From Phycisphaerae bacterium (GTDB taxonomy: Bacteria; Planctomycetota; Phycisphaerae; UBA1845; Fen-1342), in NCBI GenBank assembly GCA_050115495.1, contig JASFQK010000035.1, positions 12,514 to 76,513 on the forward strand: a stretch of 64,000 nt of DNA, read 5' to 3'. This document shows, piece by piece, positions 9,633 through 19,283 of this stretch. The translations under genes were made by a program, and so were the position numbers. Position 1 is the stretch's first letter, and each line of letters begins with the position of its first letter. The notes beneath the pieces were generated by a model. It did no database searches. It worked only from the letters and a program-made list of their open reading frames with translations, and was not told the origin of the DNA.

Positions 9633-10133
9633 CTACCGCGTCCCCGCTCTCTCCTGCTCCGGGCAGAGATTCCGGACTCTGGCACCATTCTCCGCAAGGG
9701 CGGCACCGAAATCCCACCAATCGGAGTCCACGGCGTTCAGCACAGTGGGCTCAAGCGAACTGGCAATCGCCAGAGCAACGAACTTGCGGTCGGCGCGATC
9801 GAATCCAGCCAACCGCGGGTCACGCGGGAACTCCTCGAAGTCACTCGGGTCGTCCTGACGCGGTGTGATCGTCACCCGTTCGCATCGCTGCGGGACGGCC
9901 TGGTTCTGCCAGACCCATTTGAAGAAGAAATCGCCGGCGCCGGGTTGCCCGGACATATTCAGGTTGTTCATGTACTCGTCGAGAACGAGCCCACCTTCAT
10001 CCAGGATGACGATCCCGCTTGCGTACACTTCTTCCAGCGCTTGCAGGCACGCCAGCACGCAACCAGCTCCCGCCTGCTCGGCCCGACCATTCGCGACCAC
10101 GGGCACGTTCGTGTCGATGACGAACGCACTCAT
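9633..10133 (-). CDS. PIN-like domain protein (putative ribonuclease)
   Basis: N-terminal FVIDTNV, LDEY, DRADRKFVALA and VDSD acidic motifs in PIN-fold order; ATGA overlap with upstream ATPase. Confidence 0.65.
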   Translation of the reverse strand: MSAFVIDTNVPVVANGRAEQAGAGCVLACLQALEEVYASGIVILDEGGLVLDEYMNNLNMSGQPGAGDFFFKWVWQNQAVPQRCERVTITPRQDDPSDFEEFPRDPRLAGFDRADRKFVALAIASSLEPTVLNAVDSDWWDFGAALAENGARVRNLCPEQERAGTR

Positions 10134-11497
10134 CCCTGCTGGCCCCGGCGGGTCATGGCCGCCTTCGTCATGGCGGCCATTTCTCCAAACTCGTCGCCGA
10201 AGAAGTCTCTGGGCCAGTTCTTGATGTTCCCCAGGAGATCAACGTCCAGTTCCGTAAGCACCGACGCGCCATTCGCCACATTGCAGAAGTACAGTGCGGT
10301 GGACGGCGCTATCTCGCCGGCGCCGTCCTCAGCGATCCTGCGCTGCAGGCGCCTAAGCAAGTGCTCGCTGTGGCTCTCGAAGATGATCTGGACATTCCGC
10401 GTGCGTGTCGCATCCAGAAAGACATCAGCGAGCCCCGCCTGCACCGAGGGGTGCAAGTGAATCTCTGGCTGCTCCAGCAGGATCGTCGCACCCTCCGGCA
10501 CGTAGTAGCAGATAACCAGCACCGGCAGGATTTGCGACACACCGAAGCCTACATCCGTGACCAGGACCTTCGCCGTCGCGGGCGTCTTCTGGACCCAGAC
10601 ACGGTACAGATTGCTCTCTTTTGCGATCGGTTCCACGGCAAAGTCGTGGATCAGGCCGAGTTCCTTGAGCCAGTGCGCCACGTATTCTTCCAGGGTCAAC
10701 CTGGGCTTGCCCTTACCGCGCGATATCTTCAGACCTCGTTCGCGAGCCGCCAGAAGGGCATCCACCGCTCGTTCACCCCGCCACCCCACGTCGGCCGGGT
10801 CCGCGCCGGCCCACGTGTACTGCCGCTGGGGATACTCGCGCAACGGTCCCAGGTAGTACACCTGGCCGAACAGGTTCTCCATGGCAAGCTGAAGGTCTGC
10901 CAGGAACCCCGCATTCTGGAAGTAAGCCTTCACCTGGTCCGGAAAGCCATAGAACTTCACGGGGGCCGGCAGGTCCCAAGGTCGGCCCCGTGTCCGTCCG
11001 AACTGAAACTGGCCTTCATGCGCCTGAAGTTCGTATTTGGATTCCCCTTCGTCCTTCCGGCACATGGTGAACCGGTGCTGCGCGAGCCGGTATGACATCT
11101 CACCCACCGCGAGTCGGCCCGATCCATTCTCCATGATGTGAGTATCGAAGCCGAGCGTGTCTCCCTCGAACAGGATGGACTTCTTGGCCGCCGGGTCGTT
11201 GATGCGTAGCGGCTCGGGCAGTTTCCACGACAACGACAGATCGACGACGCCCGGCTTCCGGTGCGCATGCACGATGTCACGGAAACTGCCCAGATTCGTC
11301 GGGCTCCGGTCATCGCCGAAGTTCAGTACCTGCGCGCGGTCCGGCGACTCCACCGTCTGCTTGAGCATCAGGAGCAACTGCAAGACGCTCGTCTTACCGG
11401 AACTATTCGACCCGAACAGGCCCGTGATGGGAGCGAGACGCATTCCATGTATGCGTTCCCATGACTTGAAGTTGGTCACGCTCAGTTCCGTGAGCAT
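10130..11497 (-). CDS. Soluble ABC-type ATPase (AAA_15/AAA_21-like) with DUF3696-like C-terminus
   Basis: Walker A GSNSSGKT, signature-like VGFGVSQ, Walker B LLEQPEIHLHP, ESHSEH, C-terminal GNIKNWPRDFF. Confidence 0.85.
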   Translation of the reverse strand: MLTELSVTNFKSWERIHGMRLAPITGLFGSNSSGKTSVLQLLLMLKQTVESPDRAQVLNFGDDRSPTNLGSFRDIVHAHRKPGVVDLSLSWKLPEPLRINDPAAKKSILFEGDTLGFDTHIMENGSGRLAVGEMSYRLAQHRFTMCRKDEGESKYELQAHEGQFQFGRTRGRPWDLPAPVKFYGFPDQVKAYFQNAGFLADLQLAMENLFGQVYYLGPLREYPQRQYTWAGADPADVGWRGERAVDALLAARERGLKISRGKGKPRLTLEEYVAHWLKELGLIHDFAVEPIAKESNLYRVWVQKTPATAKVLVTDVGFGVSQILPVLVICYYVPEGATILLEQPEIHLHPSVQAGLADVFLDATRTRNVQIIFESHSEHLLRRLQRRIAEDGAGEIAPSTALYFCNVANGASVLTELDVDLLGNIKNWPRDFFGDEFGEMAAMTKAAMTRRGQQG

Positions 11498-11676
11498 CAG
11501 CGCGGCTCCTTGGTCATTGGCCTGGGCGCCATCAGCGCAGCCCGAACCGCCTGCGGCAAGGCCAAGACCGGGTCATTATATGCTAACGTCCCGGCCTGCA
11601 GAGGTTCCCGGTCGAGCAGTTCGGCCGACACGCACCTTCGGCTCGGCCAAGGACCTCATCCCGCCACGCGAGGATG

Positions 11677-14421
11677 CTACGGCTTGGGCGCGGTGCCATC
11701 CGCGCCCGCCTCCGGCGCTTCTTCGGCCGGGAGACCGAGCTTCGTTCGCGCTTCTCGGCGGAGCTCTCGAAGCTGGTCCGCCCACGGTGCGCCGCCGAGG
11801 TCGGGATACCAGACCTGGAGTTCCTTGATCGACTTGTCCACTTCTTCCGCCGCCCCCTCACGCAGACACAACGCCAGCCAATGGTAGCGGGCCTCCCAGA
11901 AGCGCTCCGGAGCACGCTTGCGCAGCGACGGATCCTTCAGCAGCTCGCCCCAGGCGTCCTTCGCCGACGTGATCTGGTCGGCGGTGGCGTCGCCGGTGAG
12001 CTGTTTCGTGAGAATCAACGCCAATAGACGCTGATAGTTGCCATTCTGTGCGTTTCTCTCGAGCAGGCCGGCGACTGCCTGACGCGCTTCGTCGAGCCGG
12101 CCGGCGGCGTAGAGCATCTGCGCCCGTCCGAAGACGACCGTCGGCACCTGGGCGGCGTACTGACTGTGCTTCTCCAGCCATTGCTCAAGCTGGACGAACG
12201 TCTCGACCGACTCGCCGGCGAGCTTCGCCGCCGCCTCGGATCGGCCGTCCTGCTGCATGCGCTCCACTTCCTGCTGCATGCCGCCGGCGAGCGACGAGAG
12301 CACCGCGCCGGCACGTTCGGACGGCACCGCTTCGAGATAGCGGGCGAGCGTCTCGGTAGCCTGCTCGAATTGGCGCAATCCGCGATAGGCGCGAATCCGC
12401 ACCGCCAACACGCGCCCGATCAAGTCACTATCCGGATGCTGCTGCTCGAACTCGCTAACCAGGTCGAGGGCCGGTTGATAGCGTTCGAGCCCCTCACTGG
12501 CGAGCAGCTCGGCGGCGTTCACACGAGCCTCCGCTGAGAAGGTGACGAGATCCTTCGCTTCGGTCGGCGTCAGCTCGGCGGCACGCTTGGCGGTCTCGTC
12601 GGCATAGCCGCGCAGCGCATCGGCGACGGTCTGACCCTCTTGCGCATACTTCTCGGCGGTGAGCTCGCCCCGCCGGGCTTCGAGCGCCAGCCGGCGACAG
12701 AGCAACTCGCGGAGGCGGGCCTCGTCGTGGTGCGGCGAGTCGGCGGCGATCTTGGCGAACTCGTCCGCCGCCTCGGCGTAACGTTGCGCAGCTTGCAGCG
12801 TAACCGGCAGCAGCCACGCGGCCTCGTCCCGTTGCGGGTGTTCGGGGAAGCTCTGGAGCAAGTTGAGCAGCGTGTCGGCAAGCTTGGCGTGATCCGCCGG
12901 CTGCTTGCTCTTGCGGGCGATCTCGACGCGAAGCTGGTAGGCGAAGGTCGCCGCCTGCTCGGCGAGCTCGTGACCGCGGAACTCACGGGCCAGGCGATCG
13001 AACGCGTCGGCGGCCTGGGCCGGCTCGTCGAGGCGGTAGTAGCACTTGCCCAGTTCCATGAGCAATTGCCCGGCGAGGTCGGTATCGTCCGGCAGGCGCT
13101 CGGCGGGCTCGACCTGGAACTGCGGGCGGGCGAGCGCCTCGTTGAGACGAGCCACGGCATCCTTGTAGCGCTGCGCATCGACAAGCTGCCGGGCGGAGTA
13201 GAGCAGCTCGACGGGGCTGAGGTCTTCGGGCTTGGCAAGGATGTCGATGCTGGAGGCGATGTAGAGCTGCACGACCGCCGGCCACGGCCCGCCCTGGACG
13301 GCGAGTTGGTTGAAGCGGGCGAGGCCGATCTGCCGGGTGCGCTCAGCCTGGCGCAGGATGGCGGTCTTTGCCGTGCTGCCGGTGGCCTGAGCGCGAATGG
13401 CCTCGGCCTCGGCCAGGTAGCTGTTGGCGTCGAGCAGCCGGGCGAGGTTCAGGTAGAAGCGCAAGGCCCGCTCTTCGCCGGAGACCTGCGACTCATCCTG
13501 GCTGATGAGCGGGGCGAGCACCGTGCGGGCCTCGGTGAACTTCTTCGCGGCGACGTGGCAGCGGGCGAGTTCGCAACGGGCCTGGGCGGCGACGACCGCC
13601 TCCACACCTTCCTGCATCGCGGAGGCGAAGCTGCGCTCGGCGTCGTCAAAGCGCTTCATCTCGCGCTGCGCCATGGCCAGGCCGAGATAGCACTGGTAGA
13701 GCATCTGCCCGGACTGCCCGGAATCGAGCAGCGTCTGGAAGCAGCGCTCCGCCACACGCAGGGCCTCACCACGCTGCCGCTCGTCCTTGTCCTCGATCAT
13801 CCCCAGGTAGTAGTAGGCCCAGCCAGCGTTGTAGGTGACGTCGAGCTTGAGCTGGATGATCGTGCTGTAGACGCCGGCGGCGAGGAACTCGTCCTCGCGC
13901 GTGTCGAGTTCGTCGTAGAGGCGATTCACGACCTCGCCGCCCGCGGCGTACTGTTCGAGGGCCGCGGTGAGCGCCGTCCGCAACTGGTCGCGGTCGCCAC
14001 GCTGCCCCGCACTGATTTCGATCTCGTCCAGAACGCCGGCGGCGCGCAGACCCATGAGCATGCCGGCGTACTCGACACGGGCGCCGGCCAGATTGACGGT
14101 GGCCTTGGCGGAGGCGTCGCTACGAGCGGTCTTCTCCAACGTGTTGATCCACTGCTGGTAGCGCCGATCGGCCTGGTCGAGGGCCCGCTGGCGCGCGACG
14201 GCCTGCCGGGCGCGGCGGGCGCGGTTGGAGCAAGCCTGGGCGATGAGATGAATCTCATCGGCCGTGCGGCCGCCGTTGAACTTCGATTCGAGCGTTTCGA
14301 CCATGCCCTCGCGGACGGCGCGGACGACGTCCGGCGGCAGCTCCTTCGGTTCTTCCTGGGCTCGCGAGGGGGCGACGAGGGCGGTCAGCAGCACGACGGT
14401 GGTGGCAAGGCGGGCGAGCAT
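11677..14421 (-). CDS. Large exported TPR-repeat protein
   Basis: Signal peptide; repeated helical TPR-like segments (GWAYYYLG, LGKCYYRLD, WEARYHWL). Confidence 0.8.
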   Translation of the reverse strand: MLARLATTVVLLTALVAPSRAQEEPKELPPDVVRAVREGMVETLESKFNGGRTADEIHLIAQACSNRARRARQAVARQRALDQADRRYQQWINTLEKTARSDASAKATVNLAGARVEYAGMLMGLRAAGVLDEIEISAGQRGDRDQLRTALTAALEQYAAGGEVVNRLYDELDTREDEFLAAGVYSTIIQLKLDVTYNAGWAYYYLGMIEDKDERQRGEALRVAERCFQTLLDSGQSGQMLYQCYLGLAMAQREMKRFDDAERSFASAMQEGVEAVVAAQARCELARCHVAAKKFTEARTVLAPLISQDESQVSGEERALRFYLNLARLLDANSYLAEAEAIRAQATGSTAKTAILRQAERTRQIGLARFNQLAVQGGPWPAVVQLYIASSIDILAKPEDLSPVELLYSARQLVDAQRYKDAVARLNEALARPQFQVEPAERLPDDTDLAGQLLMELGKCYYRLDEPAQAADAFDRLAREFRGHELAEQAATFAYQLRVEIARKSKQPADHAKLADTLLNLLQSFPEHPQRDEAAWLLPVTLQAAQRYAEAADEFAKIAADSPHHDEARLRELLCRRLALEARRGELTAEKYAQEGQTVADALRGYADETAKRAAELTPTEAKDLVTFSAEARVNAAELLASEGLERYQPALDLVSEFEQQHPDSDLIGRVLAVRIRAYRGLRQFEQATETLARYLEAVPSERAGAVLSSLAGGMQQEVERMQQDGRSEAAAKLAGESVETFVQLEQWLEKHSQYAAQVPTVVFGRAQMLYAAGRLDEARQAVAGLLERNAQNGNYQRLLALILTKQLTGDATADQITSAKDAWGELLKDPSLRKRAPERFWEARYHWLALCLREGAAEEVDKSIKELQVWYPDLGGAPWADQLRELRREARTKLGLPAEEAPEAGADGTAPKP

Positions 14422-14450
14422 GGGATGATGAATCTCCGCGGCGCCCGCCG

Positions 14451-14915
14451 TCAGGGCCCGGGCGTGCCGGGCTTGCGGAAGCTGACGGCGAACTGCACGT
14501 TGTGGAAGCCGGCCCGGACGGCGGCGTCCATGGCCTGAATGACGAAGCGCCAGCGCGTGGTCGTGTCCGCGCCGATGACGACGATGTTGTTCGGGTCGGC
14601 ACCGGCCCGACGGCGGGCTTCGAGGTAGCGCAGCAAGCCGTCAAACGTGTTGTCGGCCAGCGGCTCCTCCATGACGAAGATCTCCGCGCCTTGCCCGTCG
14701 TCGATGTCCTGGAGCGCGATGCGGATGAGCGGGTTGACCTGGATGGCCGCCCCGCCACCCGGACCGCTGCTGTCGTCGAGCTCGGTTTGCAGGATGCCCT
14801 GGTGAACGAGATCGAGCGACGCGCCGAGCAGGAAGAAGATGAGCAGGACCATGATCACGTCGACCATGGGGGCGAGGTTGGGGACGCTCTCGTGGACGGG
14901 GGCCAGCTTGCGCAT
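14451..14915 (-). CDS. ExbD/TolR-family protein
   Basis: PNLAPMVDVIMVLLIFFLL TM with conserved Asp; VVIGAD periplasmic motif. Confidence 0.9.
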   Translation of the reverse strand: MRKLAPVHESVPNLAPMVDVIMVLLIFFLLGASLDLVHQGILQTELDDSSGPGGGAAIQVNPLIRIALQDIDDGQGAEIFVMEEPLADNTFDGLLRYLEARRRAGADPNNIVVIGADTTTRWRFVIQAMDAAVRAGFHNVQFAVSFRKPGTPGP

Positions 14916-15403
14916 CAGGCACCTCCCGCCGACTCGGGCGGCAGGCCCTGGTTCGCGCTGAAGACCACGTTGGCGATGTGGGCCACGCCGCAGGCGCGGA
15001 GCACCGTCTCGACGTGCTGGTACTGGACGTTCTCATCGGCCTGGATCACGCAACGGATCTCCTGGCCGTCGGCGGCGGCATGCGCGGCTCGCGCGCGGAG
15101 CAGAGCCTCGATGTCTTCCGGCTGAAGGATGCGCTCGATGATCTGCTCGCCGTCCCAATCAACGACGACGTACTCGGCCTCGTGACCATCCGCGCCGGCC
15201 TTGCGCACGGTGATCGTGACGCGGGCGCCGAGCTCGTGGCCTTGCACCTCCTGGGCGGCGACTGCCCAGGGCAGATCCACCTTGTAACGCTCTGCCTCAA
15301 CCAGCCTGCTGGCCAGCAGAAAGAAGATGATTAGGCACATCATCACGTCAACCATCGGGGCGAGGTTGAGCGTCAGGCTGGCCGGGGTGGGCATACGGAA
15401 CAT
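14915..15403 (-). CDS. ExbD/TolR-family protein
   Basis: LNLAPMVDVMMCLIIFFLL; VDLP; VIQADENVQYQHV. Confidence 0.9.
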   Translation of the reverse strand: MFRMPTPASLTLNLAPMVDVMMCLIIFFLLASRLVEAERYKVDLPWAVAAQEVQGHELGARVTITVRKAGADGHEAEYVVVDWDGEQIIERILQPEDIEALLRARAAHAAADGQEIRCVIQADENVQYQHVETVLRACGVAHIANVVFSANQGLPPESAGGA

Positions 15404-15433
15404 CGGCAAGTCTCCCGGGGCGGGGCCGCGGGG

Positions 15434-16213
15434 TTACGTCTTCGAGGCCGGCTGCGCCGCGGCGGGTGGCGGCGTCCGTTCGCTGCGCCGGGCGGTGGGC
15501 GAAACGCGGAAGTACTCGAGCAGGTTCAGGGTCTCGACGGTGGCACTGACCGTCAGCGAGTCGATGCGGTTACGGCAGACGCCGAAGAAGCCCAGGCCGA
15601 CGATGGCGAGGGCCAAGCCGAGCAGGGTGTTGACCAGGGCCTTGCTGATGCCGCTGGCGAGTTCGGCGGCGCCCGACTGTCCACCGCCGGCGCCGAGGCT
15701 GCCGAAGGCTTCGATCATGCCCCAGACGGTACCGAGCAGGCCGAGGAGCGGGCCGAGGTTACCGATGATGTTGAGGAACTCGGCCTTGCGGAACATGCGG
15801 CCGCTGAGTTCGCCGGACTTCTCGACGGCGGCCTCGTGCATGGCGTCGAAGCCGTGGCGGGCGTGGAGCAGGGCGGCGGTCATGGTGCGGGCGAAGAAGG
15901 TGGTGCTTTTGCGCAGCGTATCGAGGCATTCGCGGAAGTTGCGATTCTCGATGAGCTCGCGGGCCTGCAGCATCTGCTGCGCCGGGTAGATCGTCGCTCG
16001 GCGGACGCCGAGGAAGTGCTCGACGATGAGGGCGATGGCCACGACCGAGCCGACCACGATGAAGTACGTCGGCACCTCGATGCCGTCGTAGATGATCTTG
16101 AGGATGGACTGACGCTCGCCACTCTCGGCCGGAGCGGCCAGGGCCGGGACGGCCACGGCGCCCAGCAGCAGTATCGCCAGCCAGAGCGCGCGGCGGGTAC
16201 GAAAGGTGCCCAT
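15434..16213 (-). CDS. MotA/TolQ/ExbB proton-channel protein
   Basis: LGPLLGLLGTVWGMIEAF and GISKALVNTLLGL; start moved to MGTFRT (16213), which carries a signal-like leader. Confidence 0.92.
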   Translation of the reverse strand: MGTFRTRRALWLAILLLGAVAVPALAAPAESGERQSILKIIYDGIEVPTYFIVVGSVVAIALIVEHFLGVRRATIYPAQQMLQARELIENRNFRECLDTLRKSTTFFARTMTAALLHARHGFDAMHEAAVEKSGELSGRMFRKAEFLNIIGNLGPLLGLLGTVWGMIEAFGSLGAGGGQSGAAELASGISKALVNTLLGLALAIVGLGFFGVCRNRIDSLTVSATVETLNLLEYFRVSPTARRSERTPPPAAAQPASKT

Positions 16214-16329
16214 GATCTCTCCTGCTACGGGCGGCCCCTCGGCCCACCGGCCGGCCGCCAAACGAAACACGACAGCACAACGCGTTTCCGCCGGCCGGGC
16301 GCGGTCCCGGCAGCGGTCGACCCCGGCGC

Positions 16330-17427
16330 CTAGTGGCGGCCGAGGTCCTTGCCCGTCACGATCTTGGCCACGCCGCGGTTCTCCTCCGCGATGCGTCGCA
16401 GCCGGCGGGCACCGTCCGTTTCGCGCGGCAGCCCGCTCATATCCCCCAGCAGAATCTCGTCGAAGACGAAGCACACGATCCGGGCCCGCGCGGCCCGGTT
16501 GGCCTGCGTGACCTGATCCACGATGCTGTCGTCGAAGTAACCGTCGGAGAAGAAGAAGATCGCGTCGGGACGCATGGCCAGCGCCCGCTGGATCGACTGG
16601 AGCGGCTCGGTCTCGCCGCGCGGCGACTTCTTGTCGAGCCAGTCGTAGAAGCGGCGACGCGTCTCGGTGGTCGCCGGCTGCAACTGCGATTCGAAGCTCT
16701 CGCTCTTGAAGCGGTTGCCGCTGCCGGTGCCCTCGCTGTAGAAGATGATCACGTTGAACGCCTGAGAGGGCTTCAGGTCGCTGATCGAGCGTTTGAGCTC
16801 GCGCTTGAGGTCGTCGACGGCGACGATGATCGAGCCGGAAAAGTCGACGACGTAGACGATCCGGTTGGCCTGGATCTGGACGCCCCACACGCCGGCCCGG
16901 CCCAGTTGTCCGCCGCGGCCACCCATGCCGCTGCCGAAGCCACCTTCGCCGGCCTCCGACGCGCCGGAGCCGATGCCGAGCAGGCTGAAGCGCCCCTCGC
17001 CCAGCCCGAGACCCTCGCCCTCGCCGGCACCCAGATCCTCGCCGGCGGTGAGGGCCGACTCATCGAAGGTGTTCACGCGGGAGAAGTCGGACAGATCGAG
17101 CTGGTCGAGCTTCTCCTCGTCGGGCGTGGTCAGGGTCACGTCCTCAGCCCACTGGAACGCCTCGTCGAGCCGATCCTCGGGGCTTTCCACCAGCCCGGCC
17201 TCGTAATCCTCGACCGTGAGCTCCGTGCGGGTCAGCACCGCAAAGGTCTTCAGGGCCGCCCCGGTGAACACGCCCACGTGAATGACCACGCTCAGCACCA
17301 GCGGCAACCCGAGGTGCATCAGCCAGCGATAGAACGGGTTACGTCGCTCCCGATCCGGCGCGGTCTCGAACGTCGGCCGGGACGGCGCGACGGGCGGCGG
17401 GTCGAGGGCGGGTTCGTTGGTCACCAC
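16330..17427 (-). CDS. Membrane-anchored von Willebrand factor A (vWA) domain protein with Gly-rich linker
   Basis: SVVIH TM anchor, Gly-rich linker, MIDAS VVDFSGS, GET, FFFSDG; GTG start at 17427 after GGAGG. Confidence 0.8.
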   Translation of the reverse strand: MVTNEPALDPPPVAPSRPTFETAPDRERRNPFYRWLMHLGLPLVLSVVIHVGVFTGAALKTFAVLTRTELTVEDYEAGLVESPEDRLDEAFQWAEDVTLTTPDEEKLDQLDLSDFSRVNTFDESALTAGEDLGAGEGEGLGLGEGRFSLLGIGSGASEAGEGGFGSGMGGRGGQLGRAGVWGVQIQANRIVYVVDFSGSIIVAVDDLKRELKRSISDLKPSQAFNVIIFYSEGTGSGNRFKSESFESQLQPATTETRRRFYDWLDKKSPRGETEPLQSIQRALAMRPDAIFFFSDGYFDDSIVDQVTQANRAARARIVCFVFDEILLGDMSGLPRETDGARRLRRIAEENRGVAKIVTGKDLGRH

Positions 17428-17470
17428 GGGGGTCCGGATCCTCCAGGGGGAGCCGACCGGCGGCCGGGGC

Positions 17471-17866
17471 TCAGGCAGGCGGGGCTTCCGGCTTCGGCGG
17501 CACCGCCGCTCCAGCCATCTTGGCCAGCTCAACGAAACGCATACGCAGGTCGTACGCCACCTGGTCGAGCAGGGATTGCTCTTCGGCGGTCAGGTTGTTC
17601 TTGGTCTTCTCCTGGAGCACCCCGAGCAGATCGATGAAGTGCTTGGCGATTTCCAGGTTGGGGGGGATGCGCTCGCCCTGCGGGCCGGCCATCATGCCCA
17701 GGCCGACCATGGCCTGGATGCCGATCAGGTTGACCAGGTCGGCCAGCGAGGCCTCGGGCGGCTTCTCCCGGGCGGCGGCTTCCTGGGCGGCGAGCTTCTC
17801 CTTCTCCCGCCGGGCTTCCTCTTTCCAGTCGTCGTCGGCGATCAGTTTCTTGCCTTCATCGCTCAT
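17471..17866 (-). CDS. DUF1844-family protein
   Basis: IADDDWKEEARREKE, AKHFIDLLGVLQEKTKNNLT, LRMRFV. Confidence 0.85.
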   Translation of the reverse strand: MSDEGKKLIADDDWKEEARREKEKLAAQEAAAREKPPEASLADLVNLIGIQAMVGLGMMAGPQGERIPPNLEIAKHFIDLLGVLQEKTKNNLTAEEQSLLDQVAYDLRMRFVELAKMAGAAVPPKPEAPPA

Positions 17867-17957
17867 ACCATACCGCCCTTCAGTTTGGAGCCTGTGAATT
17901 CTACGCGGCGGTGCAACCACCGACAACGAACCGTACCGCCCTCCCCGTCCGCGCCGC

Positions 17958-19187
17958 TCAGCTACGAGCGGCTTTGCGCCGCGGCCCTTTGCCGGAGCCG
18001 CCGGCCTCTTCCTCTTCGGGTTCCCACAGTTTGGCCCGCGGCGAGCGCGGCGGGAGCAGCCGCAGAAGCAGCAGGCCCAGCAAACCTGCCCCCGACAGCG
18101 TGATGGCCAGGAACTGCGAGACGGTGAAGCCGAGCGTGTCCACCGGGTTATCGGCCCGCAACAGCTCCAGCGCGTACCGCGTCCAGGGCTCCACCAGCAA
18201 GAACACGCAGATCACCTGCCCGTCACGCGTCCGCCGCCAGTACACAGCGCTGAGCAGGCCCGCGATCAGCAGCAGGGCGATCGTCGAGTACAACTGCGTG
18301 GGGTGCACCGGCAGGGAGTGGTAATGCCCGGCGAGATCCTTCAACTGGCTCAGCGTCATCCCGCTCTGTTGCATCGCCGTCCGGATGTCGGCATAGCGGG
18401 ACAGCGCCACGGCGTTCGCGCCGCGCAGCCGCGTGAGCTGCTTGCGCAACCGGTCCCGCTCGGCGTCCGTCGTGGCTCTGGAGATCTGCTCCGTGAGCGT
18501 GGCGATTTCCTTGAGCGGCGCGTCGGCGGCCCGCTGGGCCTCGGCGATGTCTTTCTCGGTGAGCCAGTTCAGTTCGCGTTCGAGCAGGTAGGCCGGCCGC
18601 CCGTCCGGACCGGCACCGGTCGACGGGACAAAGATGAGCTGCTCCGGGATGTCCATGCCGGGATCGCCGGCGTACCACTGCTCGACCATCGCACTGCTGC
18701 CGAACGGGAACCGCACCGCCCACGGCAGGTCGCACGTGGTTCCCCAGCAGCAGCCGTTGAGGAAGCAGCCAATCCGCCCGAGGCCCATGCCGAGGGCGAC
18801 GGACGGGGCGAGGATATCGAGGTACCAGCGGAGCGAGTGCCGCCAGAGCTTCAGGTAGAGAGCGGCGATCACCGTAGCGCCGATCACGCCGCCGTAGACT
18901 TCGAGCCCACCTTTGCGGACGTCGAAGATAGCCCAGATCAGGGATGGCAGGTCGGGGTAGTAGCGGAACTGATCCCAGTAATGCACGACGTGCATGAAGC
19001 GGGCCCCGCCGACGCCGCCGAGCAGGGCGATGAAGGCGCAGTTGAGCACGACGTCAGGGTTGGCCCCGGAGCGGGCCGCCCGCCGCACCGCCCACACGAC
19101 GGACAGCAGGAAGCCCAGCATGAGGACCAGGCCGTAGCCGGGCAACCACCAGTCGAGAACCGGGATACGGAAGATCACGGGCATCAT
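17958..19187 (-). CDS. lgt: Prolipoprotein diacylglyceryl transferase with large insertion
   Basis: YGL, GGARF, GGLEVYGG, GRIGCFLNGCCWG, HPTQLY, ELLRAD motifs. Confidence 0.9.
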   Translation of the reverse strand: MMPVIFRIPVLDWWLPGYGLVLMLGFLLSVVWAVRRAARSGANPDVVLNCAFIALLGGVGGARFMHVVHYWDQFRYYPDLPSLIWAIFDVRKGGLEVYGGVIGATVIAALYLKLWRHSLRWYLDILAPSVALGMGLGRIGCFLNGCCWGTTCDLPWAVRFPFGSSAMVEQWYAGDPGMDIPEQLIFVPSTGAGPDGRPAYLLERELNWLTEKDIAEAQRAADAPLKEIATLTEQISRATTDAERDRLRKQLTRLRGANAVALSRYADIRTAMQQSGMTLSQLKDLAGHYHSLPVHPTQLYSTIALLLIAGLLSAVYWRRTRDGQVICVFLLVEPWTRYALELLRADNPVDTLGFTVSQFLAITLSGAGLLGLLLLRLLPPRSPRAKLWEPEEEEAGGSGKGPRRKAARS

Positions 19188-19232
19188 GGCAAGAGAAGGT
19201 CCTCGATTGCTGGCCTTGGCCGAATCACGGCG

Positions 19233-19262
19233 GCACTGGTGGGCAAGCCACCAGTGGCACCC
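19233..19262 (-). repeat. REP palindrome, CACTGGTGG family
   Basis: GCACTGGTGGGCAAGCCACCAGTGGCACCC, reverse complement of copies at 47897, 54804, 63112. Confidence 0.85.
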
Positions 19263-19283
19263 GGCTCGCGGGGCAGTGGCATC

